64,000 bases of DNA from Mytilus trossulus. Taxonomy: Eukaryota. A program made the translations under genes and the position numbers. Of this stretch, positions 13,768 through 26,810 are shown piece after piece. Below the pieces are notes generated by a model. It searched no databases. It saw nothing but the letters and a program-made list of their open reading frames with translations, and was not told where the DNA came from. Numbering within the stretch: the first letter of the stretch is position 1; every line of letters starts with the position of its first letter. The stretch spans positions 23,273,216-23,337,215 of the forward strand of contig NC_086385.1 of the NCBI RefSeq assembly GCF_036588685.1, read 5' to 3'.

Positions 13768-13961
13768 ATGATATTAACTACGTGGCGAATGAAAGGGACG
13801 ACATAAGAACAGCAACAATCGAGAACGGAGTAGCTTGTGCAGTATCTTGTCACAATGGACTAAAAACACGAACACCATACGATAAAAGTAGTTTCGAGGT
13901 ATGTACATTTTTGTACTATTTCTTACTACGGTTCAAACTCTCTCAAGCAAAGTTGAACTAA
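13768..13961 (+). CDS. Candidate 3' exon of the YWTD gene (DINYVANERDD...CAVSC...YDKSSFE), PAN/apple-like remnant; ends either at donor 13899 or at stop 13961
   Basis: Strong acceptor (T-rich tract plus tttgcag) in phase 1, matching exon 5. AATAAA at 14009 supports a terminal exon; GAG|gtatgt supports an internal one. Confidence 0.4.
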
Positions 13962-14971
13962 GATTTGTTTTATATTATATTTTCCTGTTGTTCGTATATG
14001 TCTTCACAAATAAAGGTCATGCATTTCTTTCGTCTTTAGATAATTGGCCTTAATATTAATTGTCTATATGCCTTTATGTGTTTCTTTGTTTATAAAATAT
14101 AAGACGTGCGTCTATTTATTCACCCTTTCATGATGTTATTGTGCCATGGAAAATGCTTATTTACATGTTTATTTTATTAGCCAATGTTCGTTTTTGAATT
14201 GTTTAAAAAAACAACCTCTTATTGTTTTCATATCCAGAATTGAACCCCTCTGTTAATTCAAATCTTTAATACAATTGGTCTAGTTAACGCTCAACATGCT
14301 CTTGTTGAAAATATTTTCAAATCATAATACAACACTCACCTAATTAAAGATATATGAAATTTAACAGTAAGATAACATCCATATGCTTTGTAAAGGACAC
14401 AACGTTTTATCCACTGAGATTAGATAGAATGGAACATGTATACAGGAAATATCTTTATAGTAATTGCTTTGGTGCAAGGGTGAACTGTACTATCTAACTC
14501 ATTGCTTAAACACATATAGCTTATTCCTTCATGTCTGTATGTATTTATTGCACACTCCGAGTTCCGAGCAGCTAGATTTGTTAATACCATATGACAGGAG
14601 GAGTACACTGAAAGTGTCCAAAATTGTACAAACGTCGATATATTTTATTTACATTCGAATTCGTAGCAATACTCATTTTAAACATAGTTTGGCATTAAAA
14701 AATGAATAAAACAAACATAGTTTTAGATTAAACCAATCAAAAAGCCAAATTACTTATCAAATGTGAATTGATATAGGGAAGAATTTTTACCCTTTATAAA
14801 GTTAGTCTCAGATAAATGTGTTTATACTTTGATAATCTATTGGAAATTTGGCAGGAGATAATTTACCCCGGCTTTTTCATAAATTTAACATTGGCACCCG
14901 TTTTCTTTCAACAGCTATTAAAAAATATCAAAGATTTTTATAGATTTATGAAATATCTTTCTTTTCTTTTT

Positions 14972-16140
14972 TCGTTGTCTCGATATCGATTGACTCGAAA
15001 TTTCGAACGAGTCGTAGTTGTCTAGTTGTCCCGAACTCTGAACGATATAAATAAATGTCTTTTGACACCTAATGAGTCGAAATTGAATAGATCAAAATTT
15101 CGGTTGAGTCGAACTTTATATACGGTCCCGATGTTAACAAAATTCATTATTTGTTTCGAACTCATACACATATGTCAAAACTGACAATCTGACAATGCCT
15201 GTGTAATTGAATTGCCGGACACTGTATTGATTGATATCATGCTATTCCACGCGTGTTTACCTTAGATGATCTGTCATCACCATGATAAAACACAAGTGAT
15301 ACATTCTGTTTGTGATCACCTTAAAACTACACAAAAAAATCTTTTTTTATTTTCTCTTTAAAAAAAAAATTTCAGATGAAGAAAATATGGAAATAAATCT
15401 ATATTTTCTAAAATCGAAAACAATTATTTGATAATTCAAAGATCAATTCGAAATTACTCTCTGAAAAAAAGCCACAGGGAAAATTTTAACTTTTAAAGAA
15501 ATAATTCAATAAGTGAAAACAATCACAATGTTATTGTAACAACGAAAGACCATAACATACACAAAAAATAATCTGAGACCAAAATTGACCCTTCCAAGAT
15601 TCATCAACATTTACTGTAGCTTTTCAAAAGAGGGACGAAAGATACCAAAGGGACAGTCAAACTCGTAAATCTAAAACAAACTGACAACGCGATGGCTAAA
15701 AAAAAAAAGACAAACAGAAAACAATAGTACACATGACACAACATAGTAAACTAAAGAATAAACAACACGAACCCCACCAAAAACTAGGGATGATCTCAGT
15801 TGCTCTGGAAGGGTAAGCAGATCCTGCTCCACATGCGGCACCCGTTGTGTTGCTTATGTGATTACAAATCCGGTAAATAGTCTAATTCGGTAGGTCAAAT
15901 TCATGAAAGGGAAGGGGATTGTAGTTACGACGTAAGGAATATATCCGATATCATTTGTGAATCGGTTATTCCATAAAGGTCAACCAACTCGTGATGACGT
16001 CCGTAAAAGCTAGGCAAAAGTTGTGTTCCTACATTGTACATGTAGGTCTGTCAAACTTCCAGTTTTAGTTCGTGTCAATCGACCGGTGTCTCGAAATATA
16101 TCTCTGGTCCATCTGACGTCGAGATATAGAGAGCCGACCT
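14972..16140. mobile_element. Degenerate pogo/Tigger-like MITE interrupted by a retroelement 3' fragment
   Basis: Ends rich in tctcga/tcgag motifs (cgttgtctcgatatcg... and ...gtcgagatatagagagccgac); TIRs eroded. Confidence 0.4.
15622..16008 (-). mobile_element. 5'-truncated Penelope-like retroelement: RT C-terminus plus 3' UTR
   Basis: The minus strand reads FYGRHHELVDLYGITDSQMISDIFLTS*, then a UTR with gtggagcaggatctgcttacccttcc. A related remnant is at ~41805-42020 (+). Confidence 0.7.
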
Positions 16141-18454
16141 ATTGTAAAATCTTTTTTTTTGGCATAGGCACATATAAAATTAACTTTTGATCAATTTTTG
16201 ATAAGTCTCATACACTAATTTAGTATGCTAGCTATTACTTTGAATAGATAATATCTTATAAATTGAGACATTAAAATGAGCAACGTCACGATTCAGAAAC
16301 CAAAGTTGATATATAGAAATTGCCACATTTTCTAAATATACATTGTATATCATATGGCTTTTAAACTCTGTGAATTGTCTCATGATACACTAAGCTTAGA
16401 TCGTGCCAAGTTTTATTGGAATTGGTCAAGTTTTTGATCCCTAAATGGCCCAAGACCACAATTGATGATCCCGTTTTTCGTTGTCCATGAATATAGTTCC
16501 CTTTGAATAAAGTGTATTTTATTCTTTGTTGTTTTTCTTTCCCTTTCTCATACATTTCTTCGTTTGTCTGGGGTGAAAATGAAAGAAGAGAACCAAAATA
16601 AACTTTTGGATGCTTTATTTCAACTGATTTCGATAAGGAAAGGGTAACAAGGCCAGGTGTAAAAAGGTAGTATTTACACTTTTCGGAACATCTCTTGAAT
16701 TGCATATAGGAGTATAGATGTGTATTGGCCAAATTTGTATGTAGTTAACATTTTCTGATAATTGCATATATTTTTGGACTTGTACTGTACATTAAACACA
16801 CGCACACACATACGTACAATAAGACAAAAATAATTAGCAATTTTTTTAATGCGACGAAATGTTACAAAGAACTGATAAAGGAATTTATTGTGGCCTCGGG
16901 CCAAATCAGCGGATTTTTTTATTTCTGGAAAACATTAATTTAAAAACCAGATGAAGGAACATCCTTAAACATATGAACAATGACAAATATATATCAAGAA
17001 ACAATCAGCTCGTACAAAATATTACGCCTACTGCGTTATATGTTAACCGCCATTTACACAATGATTAAGATCTACCTGTGAATTTTAATCAGCAAGTAAT
17101 TTGTTTTTTACTTTAATTTCATGAGTACCAAAGATAAACAAATGTGCAGCCGTACCTTGTCGGCATTTGTTAACGTTTCCTAGTTACACATGTATTGGTT
17201 TCTTATCTCACTTGTGACGTTAATTCTGTTGAAACTAGAAAGTAAATAAAAGTCCGAGAAAAACGATAAACGATAAAAAAAAAAGACCAATTGTATGTTT
17301 AGATTAGGATTTGACAGAAAAGTTATAACCGCTTAACATGTAACTATAATTAGCAAAAAGAAAAGACAAAACGCAATGTAGGTGCGTTTCATTTTGCGGT
17401 GTATCATAAAAGCAGATTCTCTAAACATTATATTTGTAAACATTGATTTTACATTATACTTACAACAATGTACATAGAATGATATGTCATTGCAGTAGAA
17501 TGTTTTGACTGTTTTGAGTGTATCCTAGTGCTTATGATTTTAAATAAAAAAAAATAGAATATCTTACTGATTGCGTAGAATATTTTTGGTGAAATTCATT
17601 GTCACAAGACCTACAAAATTCTGAAAATATTCGTTTGGGTCAATAACAGCTTAAACTTTAACAGTAGTGAATAATTGGGTTCATATCCTTATAAAAATGA
17701 ATGGACCTTGAGATGAGGAACCCAGATGACTTTTAAAAAATAAAAGGTCCGCCATACAATTATAGATGCTGTGAATTTAAAAATGGACAAACATTTACAA
17801 TATGACCTGTTTTATAGAGATGATGTAATGAGAGAAATATGTAGATTTCACTTGAAATACATTAATGCAAAGAACATTTTTTTTATTTAATTTTATGATC
17901 AGAATATTTGGATCATTTCATGAGAAGAGTGACAATTTTTACCATTTTTCGAGGTCCCACAATTTGTAAAACCAAAATCTCACTTGCGTTCCGTAAATTT
18001 AACGAGACATTCATGTATGTGTAAGCTACGCTATGAGCTATCATATATATTCAAGTAAACGATAACGATTGATCAAGACAGAGGAATATTAACATAACCG
18101 CCTATTGAAAAAAGAATCTTGACCCATTTAACCAAATAGCAATCACACCACTTGTTCTCATGTCAATACAATAAAGCTATACTTAAAGCTTTACAATAAT
18201 CATCCATATGTATAAATGGATACGATAAATCTTCATTTAATCGAAAAGCATTTTCATTCGAATTGTATATCGGTTAAAACTAGAAACATCTAGCCTTCAA
18301 TGTATTTAATTATTATCACAATATATACATTTGTATACAAGTAGTGATAATAAGTGTTATATCCTAGTAATACAACAATAAAATAGATATGAAATAGCCT
18401 CTAAAAATCGTTTTGTCATTTGCATCGCATTCTTTCAAATTTCAACGAATTTAA

Positions 18455-18525
18455 TTATTTGTGCAAGCAACACTCAACATGTTAGTATAAAATCATTGTT
18501 CTCCTACGCACATGATTCATTTACG
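18455..18525 (+). promoter_or_regulatory. Candidate core promoter of the Cys-rich peptide gene
   Basis: TATAAAA at 18486, Inr-like TCATTT at 18517 about 30 nt downstream, C/EBP-like TTGTGCAA at 18459; ATG at 18545. Such motifs are common by chance in AT-rich DNA. Confidence 0.3.
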
Positions 18526-18544
18526 TGGTGTATGGAATTTCGGC

Positions 18545-18593
18545 ATGAAGTTTACAATTTTAACATTCCTTATTATTATCATGGTTTCAAAAG
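18545..18593 (+). CDS. Cys-rich secreted peptide, exon 1 (signal peptide MKFTILTFLIIIMVSK)
   Basis: Basic-then-hydrophobic signal peptide; phase-1 donor AAG|gtagga matches the phase-1 acceptor at 27512. The link across the 8.9-kb intron is inferred. Confidence 0.6.
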
Positions 18594-19019
18594 GTAGGAC
18601 TTTTTTTTTTAATTTTTGTTTACTACTTTTCTCGATGAATTCTTGATGCTACGTAAATAACATTTATATGTTTAAACAGAGTAAAATCAGAAAGATATAT
18701 AAAAAAGAAGATGTGGTATGATTGCCAAAGAGACAACTGTCAACAAGAGACCAAAATGCCACAGACAGTAACAAGTAAATATGCCTATATTGATATAAAA
18801 AGATGTGATATAAGTGCCAATCAGACAACTCTTTATCCAAGTTCCCATTTTAAAAATAGATTATTATAGGTAAAACGTATGGCCTTCAACACGGAGCCTT
18901 GGCTCACTTCGAATATGAAGCTGTAAAGGGCCCAAAATAAATGATTAGTGAAAACCAACGGTTATTTTATATAAATACACGGCAATGTTTTTTTTTACTT
19001 TTATTTTTACTTACACATT

Positions 19020-19385
19020 CAATGATGTACTTAGATGATCTTAAGTAACATTAAATAAATCAAGAATTTAAAATTGATACTGTATTAGCTGAGGATCAAA
19101 ATACGCTAAAAAATCGATACCTGAATAGAGCTCCTTTTTGAGATATTTGATATATATCATGTATAAGATATGGCGAAAAAAATCTGATTTTTACCTTATA
19201 TTTGGGCCTCAAATGAAAAGAACAAAATCCAGAATATGCTCCAATTTAATTAAAATGACCTTTTATGAGCTATTTTGTCTTCTATTAAAAAGATAAACAT
19301 TTTTTTTACAAATGTCGTACCTAAGAACACAAAGGAGTCCGAACATCAGACACAAATTTCAAAACATTACCTAAGTACATCCTTA
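19020..19385. mobile_element. Degenerate Kolobok-like MITE
   Basis: Inverted ends aatgatgtacttagat... and ...acctaagtacatcctta. Confidence 0.45.
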
Positions 19386-19387
19386 TC

Positions 19388-19476
19388 TATCCTGGTTCCG
19401 AGACTACGTTCCAGGTATTAGCTATTAGCCATACTCTCTCACGACATACTTAATATTGCGATAGGGAACCAGTCTA
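19388..19476. mobile_element. 89-bp MITE with 9-bp target-site duplication
   Basis: TIRs tatcctggttcc / ggaaccagtcta; direct repeat ATCCTTATC at 19379-19387 and 19477-19485. Confidence 0.7.
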
Positions 19477-22400
19477 ATCCTTATCTCTCCCTCTTTACGA
19501 TTCTCTGCAGCTGTAAAGTCGATATGTTTACAACGATAATACCTATATGGGTAACATAAATAGAAATATGATTATCGATACAATAAAATATGTTAAAAAA
19601 AATCATTCACACAAATCCTCTTCGCCTAATTTCCTCGACATTATCAGTTTTTATTTACTTATACACTTTTAAAGATTCTTTTTGGTATTTGAATATATTC
19701 AATGCAGCTGTTGAGTTTTAAATAACTATTCCGCCAGACATTTGATGTGATTACCACAAAAAGATGTATAACTATAGCTACAAACTAAAACAAATGTTTT
19801 AAGAGAATCATTGATAAAAATCCTACTCTTCCTTTTAAAAGAAAACATGTTGCATTCTTTAAGGTTGTAAAATCGGTTAACTTAATATGAAGGAGACCAC
19901 AACTACTCAAAGTAATTTAAGTTCTCGCATTAAACATTTCTTCAACAGATTTGATAATAGTTCCTGTTTTATGGACAAAGTAAAACAAACAACTAATAAC
20001 TGGAAGGTAATAACGTTCAATAGGTTTCAAAAACAAACAACAACAATTGATTTAAGGAAGCTGGCTTGTCATGTTTTAGATTTTTTTTTCTGGTTTTATC
20101 TCTTTGAATGCCTTGAAAATTATACCCGGTGACCCCTATATTTCTTTTTGTATTTTTTTTAACTGCTAGTACTGTGTTGTTATTTATGTAATATGAGGAA
20201 GGCGCTACCTTAAATGCCAGCTTTATAATGTCCTATACATTGATTAGTTGTTGTTGTTTAACATTCAGTGGCAAATATTTCATGCATGTTCAGAACGAAT
20301 GACCAAGGCTACATTTACGTATTGTTTATGTCTAAAATAAAATAAAAAAAGTTCAGATGGAAAATGCTAATTTCCTCAAAAAAATATTCTGTTTCCCAAA
20401 TTAATGAATAAAAAAGCATAGGACAAAAAATATTTTGAATCCAGATCTTTACCAAAAATGATTTTATCTTTCAGATATGCAAAATAAATTTAACTTTTAT
20501 ATATCTAAAAACATAAAAACTTCCCAAACCGCACATGTCAGTCTGTACACAGTATTATTTTAGGTGATAATAAGGCTGTATTTGCCAATTTGTTATGATA
20601 AACCTTATAAATACTAGTGTTAAATTTTGACTAAATAATTTTAAATGATAGCGCTGAAGGGCTTCGGTTAAAAAAAATCTGACTCGAATAAAAAAAACCA
20701 TTTGTATTTCTGATCATCTTCAGTTTGTGAGTTCTACATCAATATCATGTACTATTAAATTCAGAGTCTGTTTTATGTCATTTCTTGCATATATTTTTTT
20801 TGTTATATGTACATAATGTAGCTTACTTTTCAAGTTCTTATATGACAGCAAAATAAAATTGAGAATGAAAATGGGAAATAAAAGCATGTAAAAAATTTGC
20901 TTTCGAGTAATGCTTAATCATGTCATAGTTGTTTTCAAGAAGACACATTTGGTTTCAGACAATAACTTGAGTTAAGTAAATTGATGTCCATGTATTTTAC
21001 TAGGAGGTTCAATACACAAAAGGAAGATAAGAATTGATTTAAGGGTTATAGTACAACATTATTGGGGGTATTTTTTTTTTTTAATTTTGGGTTTTTCTTC
21101 CAAAAATTACTTTATTTACATTGCCATCTAGTAAATATATAGATGCAGCAAATACAGATTTGGCAGGAGATGCACTCAAAATAGGGTGTTTTAAATATTT
21201 ATCTGTAGTCTGTGCATTTTTCCTATGATGTACATGAACTTCTTGACAATGTTGATGTGAGTATCATGATAAAGAAAATATATTTGGTAACCGTAAGTAT
21301 ATATTCACAATTGACATGCACCAGAGCGAGAAAAGGATCTTCTTTCCCTTTAATTTCAAAAATTGCACATGATTATTTTCTCACAGATACACATGAGTTA
21401 TTTGGTTAATAAAACATTTGTCAATGTTTGAAACTTTCAGTAATAAAAATTTAGTTTAGCTTGTTTGAATGTTTCACTGATTGTGTGAAAATTTTAACAG
21501 CAATGTACAAAACACTTGAAAAAATTGCATTATCTGCAGAATTATTGATAACTTTCCTCACAATAAATTCACAAGGACATAGAACTAACATATTGTCCAT
21601 GCTATTCTGATCTAAGTTTTATACATACATATACTGGCATAGCTGTTTCAAGTTGTCTTCCTTTTTTTTGATTTCTTGAGAAGTATTTGTTTAACCTGTT
21701 CAGTCACTATAAAGTGTTACAATTCTTATTTAGACGCAACACATTGATAGTGACCAGAAAGGTACTGCTTTCACATGAGAGAAGCTAGAAAATATTAAAT
21801 GTACATTTTCAATATTTTTGTAGGACTTACTATCATATGAAATTAAGGAGATATGTAGTTAGAGACTTCTTCTGAATAGAAATATGTGGGTCTACCTGCT
21901 ACCTGTTTTCAAATTAGTCCATATTGAAGTTGAAAGGATCCAAAATTAAAATATGTTTGATTTCAACTGACATAAAAAAAATTGTGTTATATTTATATTC
22001 TCAATATACATCTGCGGTCGTATCAGGCTGTGCATGGCAAAGCATTTTATTGCCTTTAGGTGTGTACTTTTCGTTTGTTTTGGTCATGAAAATAAATTTG
22101 TAGTTCTGTTGTGAAGTTGCTAACATGAGAACACCCAGATTAAACCTTTATTGTGAGTTTTTTTCACCAGCTTTTTTTATGAACCAGACAAAAGTTTATT
22201 CTGTGCTTATTTTTTTAGACTATACTTGTTTACAATTTAGTTACACGGTCACCAATATAATTTTGAGTTCATCCAGAGTCATAGAAAAATGGGTTTCAAC
22301 TGACCTCCAAACAATCCATGATTCTGTAATGAGGTCAGTACCCAAATACCATACATCATTACATGTTATTTCAAATCCTTAAAAATGAAATTAAACAGAT

Positions 22401-23864
22401 GTTTTGTTTTATTATTTCAAATATTTCAATAAATTTGACATTATTCCATGCTTAAACTTTTATGTTTTGAAGAAAAGGATGCTGGAAACAAATTTAACTT
22501 ACTCATTTTAAAAAGATGATAATTAGATAACTTCACATGGTGAAAGAAAATTTGAAGGATTTCCACAGCTTTTTTTTGTTGAATAGGTGCAATTTTAGTT
22601 ACTGAGACAGAGTGCAGTTTTGGTACTGTAATGTTATATAACCATAAGTGTGTATTGCAAAATAGGTTCAAATGTGAACCTGATAGTGATATAGTGATAC
22701 AGTTCTTGGTAGAGTGAAAATGTTTTTTGATCAGGTTTAAACTGATGCATAAAATATACAGGTGACTGTTGCAGCTTGAATTTTTAAGGATTTAGCCCAA
22801 AAACATGATAATCTCCCAAGTAATGTATGCCCTGTACATGTATATACCTATCAAAGTCATGGTATTATCATGGGTTATCATATTATATAATTAACTCCCA
22901 TCTTCCCATAAATCCAATTTTGGACAATATGGGAGCATACAATATATAGTTTGTACTTAAATGTTCTACTCAAACTCAAGTCTCCATTTATGATTGATCT
23001 TAGAGAGAGAAAACAAAACAGTTTGCCAAAGGGAGTCATGAAAATAAATTTGTAGCTGTGAAGTTGCTAACATGAGAGTACCCAAATTGCACAACTTTTT
23101 TTAAAAACCAGACGAATTGTGAATTAGGGGGGGGGGGGGGTAATCATCAGTTTTGAATTAGTCTGTGGGTTTCATGACTTACCGTGATCACATTCAACAG
23201 TATAACCAACGTCATTATCACTCTTCTTTGATATGGGGAATTAAGTGGCAGGTGAACATAAGTAGTCACGGTCAACCACAACCAGTGCACCGGAGTTTAT
23301 CCCGCATGCCGCAAGGCCATATTAAAATAAAATCCGAAATGTATTGCTTACAGAGTTTTTTACTGTGTTCCCATGACTGGACGGAACTTTTACACTAAAT
23401 ATGTTATCGTTTACTATAATTTTGTGACCTTTAAATGCAGTACCTGTGATTATTTAGGTAATTTGTTTTGACCTCACTGATAATGGAATGTTGTAGCAGA
23501 CGAAACATGGCGTCAGATGTTGTTGTCCTAACTTCGTTAATTTCCGTGGTACGATAAAATTTAAATAAACTACACAAGTTACCAAAATTTCTGAATTCTT
23601 GTTTTTGCAAACAAATAAAAATTCATGACGTATTTATCATCGAAATTATTCCGATCTGTCCCATTTTTTCAAGATCGCGTTGAAACGTTAAATTTGGCCG
23701 CCATTAAACAAAAATAATCGTTTGAGATTTTACGAGAGTGACGAAACTTTTCAGATGGGACATGTAGAGAGAGTTATCGTTCTTTATTCCAAAACGATGC
23801 TTCTACCATAAGTGCCAGCTAAAGCTGGCATATAATTTTGTTTATTTTCTTTGGTTACGTCTTC

Positions 23865-24262
23865 TGGTGTCGGACTCGTACTTCTCTTGGGCTGAATTTG
23901 ATGTGTGCGTATTGTTATGCAATTGCTTTTCTACATTTAATAGAGGTATTGGGGGAGGGTTGAGAACTCATAAACGTGTTTAACCCCGCCGCATTTTGTG
24001 CCTGTTCCAAGTCAGGAGCCTCTGGCCTTTGGTAGTCTTGTATTATTTTGATTTTAGTTTCTTGTGTGCAATTTGGAAATTAGTTTGGCGTTCATAACAC
24101 TGAACTAGTAAATATTTGTTTATGGGCCAGCTGAAGGCCGCCTCCGGGTGCGGGAATTTTTTGCTACATTGAAGACCTGTTTGTGACCGTCTGCTGGTGT
24201 TTTTCTTTGGTCGGGTTGTTGTCTCTAAGACACATTCCCTATTTCCATTTTCCATTTTATTT
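23865..24262 (+). repeat. ~400-bp interspersed retro-derived repeat (family B)
   Basis: Near-full copies at 39020-39418 (+), 51310-51700 (+) and 28705-29110 (-). 3' fragments at 5462-5605, 8218-8312, 26302-26345, 38200-38460 and 63545-63615. All share the end gacacattccccatttccattctcaatttt. Confidence 0.85.
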
Positions 24263-24559
24263 CTTTATAGAGTTTGTCCTTAGTGCCGTGTGGAGACAGT
24301 AGAGTGCCCCCCCCCCCCCCCGTGCTTCATGTTTATGCTCTTATAATATACTAGATTATGGAGTGTGTTTCCGAGCGAGAACTTCTCTAGTTCATTACTT
24401 CAGGAATATTTATCAAATTGTCGTATTTTAATACATTGTAGTATTCAGCCCCATTCTACTATATAGTCAGCTGTCAGTCGCTACCCTAATATACCCTGTC
24501 TTTTGTTAGGAAATTAATGCTAAAAGCTTTTGACATTTATAGCCGAATGATTTAACATT

Positions 24560-26345
24560 TTTACATAACTTAATTTATTGTATGCTGGTTCATATTCTGG
24601 ACGCCAGATTTTGCTCCTTTTTAATATAATTCACATACCCAAAACAAACATGAAGCTTAGAAATAGAAAAGCATTAAATACTAAACTCCTTCAAAGGGTA
24701 TCTTCACTCCTCAATCGTATCCTCAACCGATTATCTAAAAATACTACCATCGCTAACATTTTTAACAATAAAAATCGTGGTTACCCGTCTATCGATAAGT
24801 GTTATGCCAAAAAATGACTGACATGTCCACGACTTTCCTCTAACCATACGGTCAGGTCGACGTTTAATGGTCGCACATTTTCTTTAAATTTTGAAATTGA
24901 TATACTTGAAAAACAAACAGTATTGTTTATTCATTCATATGAAACAAACAGGGATGCGGTATTCAGAACGTAGGTGAAACTGAACGATATGTATGTAAAC
25001 GCACTCAAGAACATTTTAAAGACCCAATAAATTCAAAAATATCATTTATCAACACCTTAAGAAGCACAATCATCCTATTAAATATTTAGCAGTTCAACTT
25101 TAAGAAGTAGTAAATAAGTGAACATGGAGAATATCATTCAAAGTTTGTACGATCACGGAAAATAATTGAATTTAATTGGATTAGAAAGTTACAGACATTC
25201 TACCGTCTCGGTCTTAATGATTATATCATGGGAATTGGTAATATATCAAGAACCGATTCCGTTAACATTTTTGATATATTTTCTTAACCTATTCGTAATA
25301 TTTCGGACTTAATTTCTATTTCAAAAAACAACGACAGACATTATCTGTTAACAAAGCTCTGTTTATTACCGGTTACTGAGTTAAATTTTGGAGGATTGCA
25401 ATATAAAAAAGGAGATGTGGTATTATTGCCAATGAGACAACTTAATAGAAAAGACCAAAATGACACGAACTTTAACAACTATAGTTCACCGTACGACCTT
25501 CAACAATGAGCAAAGCCCATACCGCTAGTCAGCCATAAAAGGCCCCGATAAGACAATGTAAAACAATTCAAACGAGAAAACTAACGGCCTTATTTGTTTA
25601 TGTAAAAAAATGAACGAAAATCAAATATGTAACACATAAACAAACGACAACCACTGAATTACAGGCTCCTGACTTGGGACAGGCAGATACACAAATAATG
25701 TGGCGGGGTTAAAAATGGTAGCGGGATCCCAACCCTCTCCATAACCTGGGATAGTGGTATACCAGTACAACATAAGAACGAACTATAAAAATCAGTTGAA
25801 AAAGACAATTTCATATAGCAGTCATAAGTATGAAATAATTCAAATTATTATAGCATATTGTTATTCTTAACCATTTCTCAAAATTGATCGCCCTGAAGAT
25901 CATCAAAATAATTTATTAAATACAGTATGTCAATAAAGGTTTTGATTTTGTAAATATTGCCGGTATATTTAACGACCATTCTTTTAAAGAACAAATTCCT
26001 GGATATTTTGATAATACCCTATTATTCCCTATTATTTGTTATATTTACAAGAAATCTACCCGGAAATTTGTGTTTAGTTATAACGAATTGTGTAAAGATG
26101 TTAATATTAGAGAAAAATACACCCATTTCGTATAATTATAGTAATTCCAAATACATTTATGAATCCATTTTCCATGTTATAACAGGAGATCTTAACATCG
26201 TTTAAGATCGAGAGTTAAAATTATTCGTCAGTAGAGGACCTTTATATCGTCCCCCGTCAATTAATAATGTAATGAGTGTCGTAATATTATCCACGACTCA
26301 CTCTCTTTGACACATTTCCCATTTCCATTTTTAATTTTATTTTCC
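24560..26345 (+). mobile_element. Decayed Naiad-type Penelope-like element, copy 1: Zn-knuckle, N-terminal GIY-YIG endonuclease and linker, with TGA at Cys positions
   Basis: DKCYAKK*LTCP; T*KTNSIVYSFI*NKQGCGIQNVGET; RKIIEFNWIRKLQTFYRLGLND; HVITGDLNIV...SRGPLYRPP. Interrupted by another repeat at ~25400-25805. Confidence 0.8.
25400..25805 (-). repeat. Interspersed retro-derived repeat (family D tail) nested in Naiad copy 1
   Basis: aaaaag(a/g)agatgtggtatgattgccaatgagacaact...caacaatgagcaaagcccataccgc. Related copies at ~3840, 7330, 10715, 18700, 41350, 45520, 50090, 52920, 61250 and 63230. Confidence 0.8.
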
Positions 26346-26810
26346 ATTAATTTACCATAGTCATGTGTAAAATGAAATTGAAAAAACGGTAACAATGTTA
26401 AAACTTATCTGAAAGATTCCAAATTACCAGTGTGTTGTTTTTATATCTAAAGCATTGATTTGAGATAAAAACTTTTTTTTTCTTTTTCAAAAAACACTTT
26501 TTTCTTACCAAAATTATGGAAAAAATAATATGTCAACCCACAAGTAATAATTCGAACATAACTTGATAAGAATATTGAATATCTTAAAACAAATTTGAAA
26601 ATTCATTAAGTACTTAAAAAATCGAACTTTCGTCAAAATTAGTTTCTGCCCTATGATCGTTTACACGTAATTTTTATACTTTCCGACATGTTTTAATGTT
26701 CATTATCATTTGTGCATACATTGCAAATGATAGCTCTTTAAAATAGTATAACTCATTTTGTTTTACATTTAGTATTTTATTCCAAAATCTTGTATCGTTT
26801 CTTTTGTTAA

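Noticed and set aside
15780-15910. SECIS candidate in the retroelement 3' UTR (ATGA...AA on the - strand)
   Set aside because: I could not form the GA/GA quartet and helix II by eye; SECISearch3 on the family consensus is needed.
16361-16732. Longest ORF in the track (123 aa)
   Set aside because: No recognisable motif, non-ATG start, and no convincing splice context.
19511-19550. Strong acceptor ctctgcag giving AVKSICLQR* as an extra peptide exon
   Set aside because: An in-frame stop comes before the next good donor, and part of the pyrimidine tract is a TSD. It cannot be supported without RNA data.
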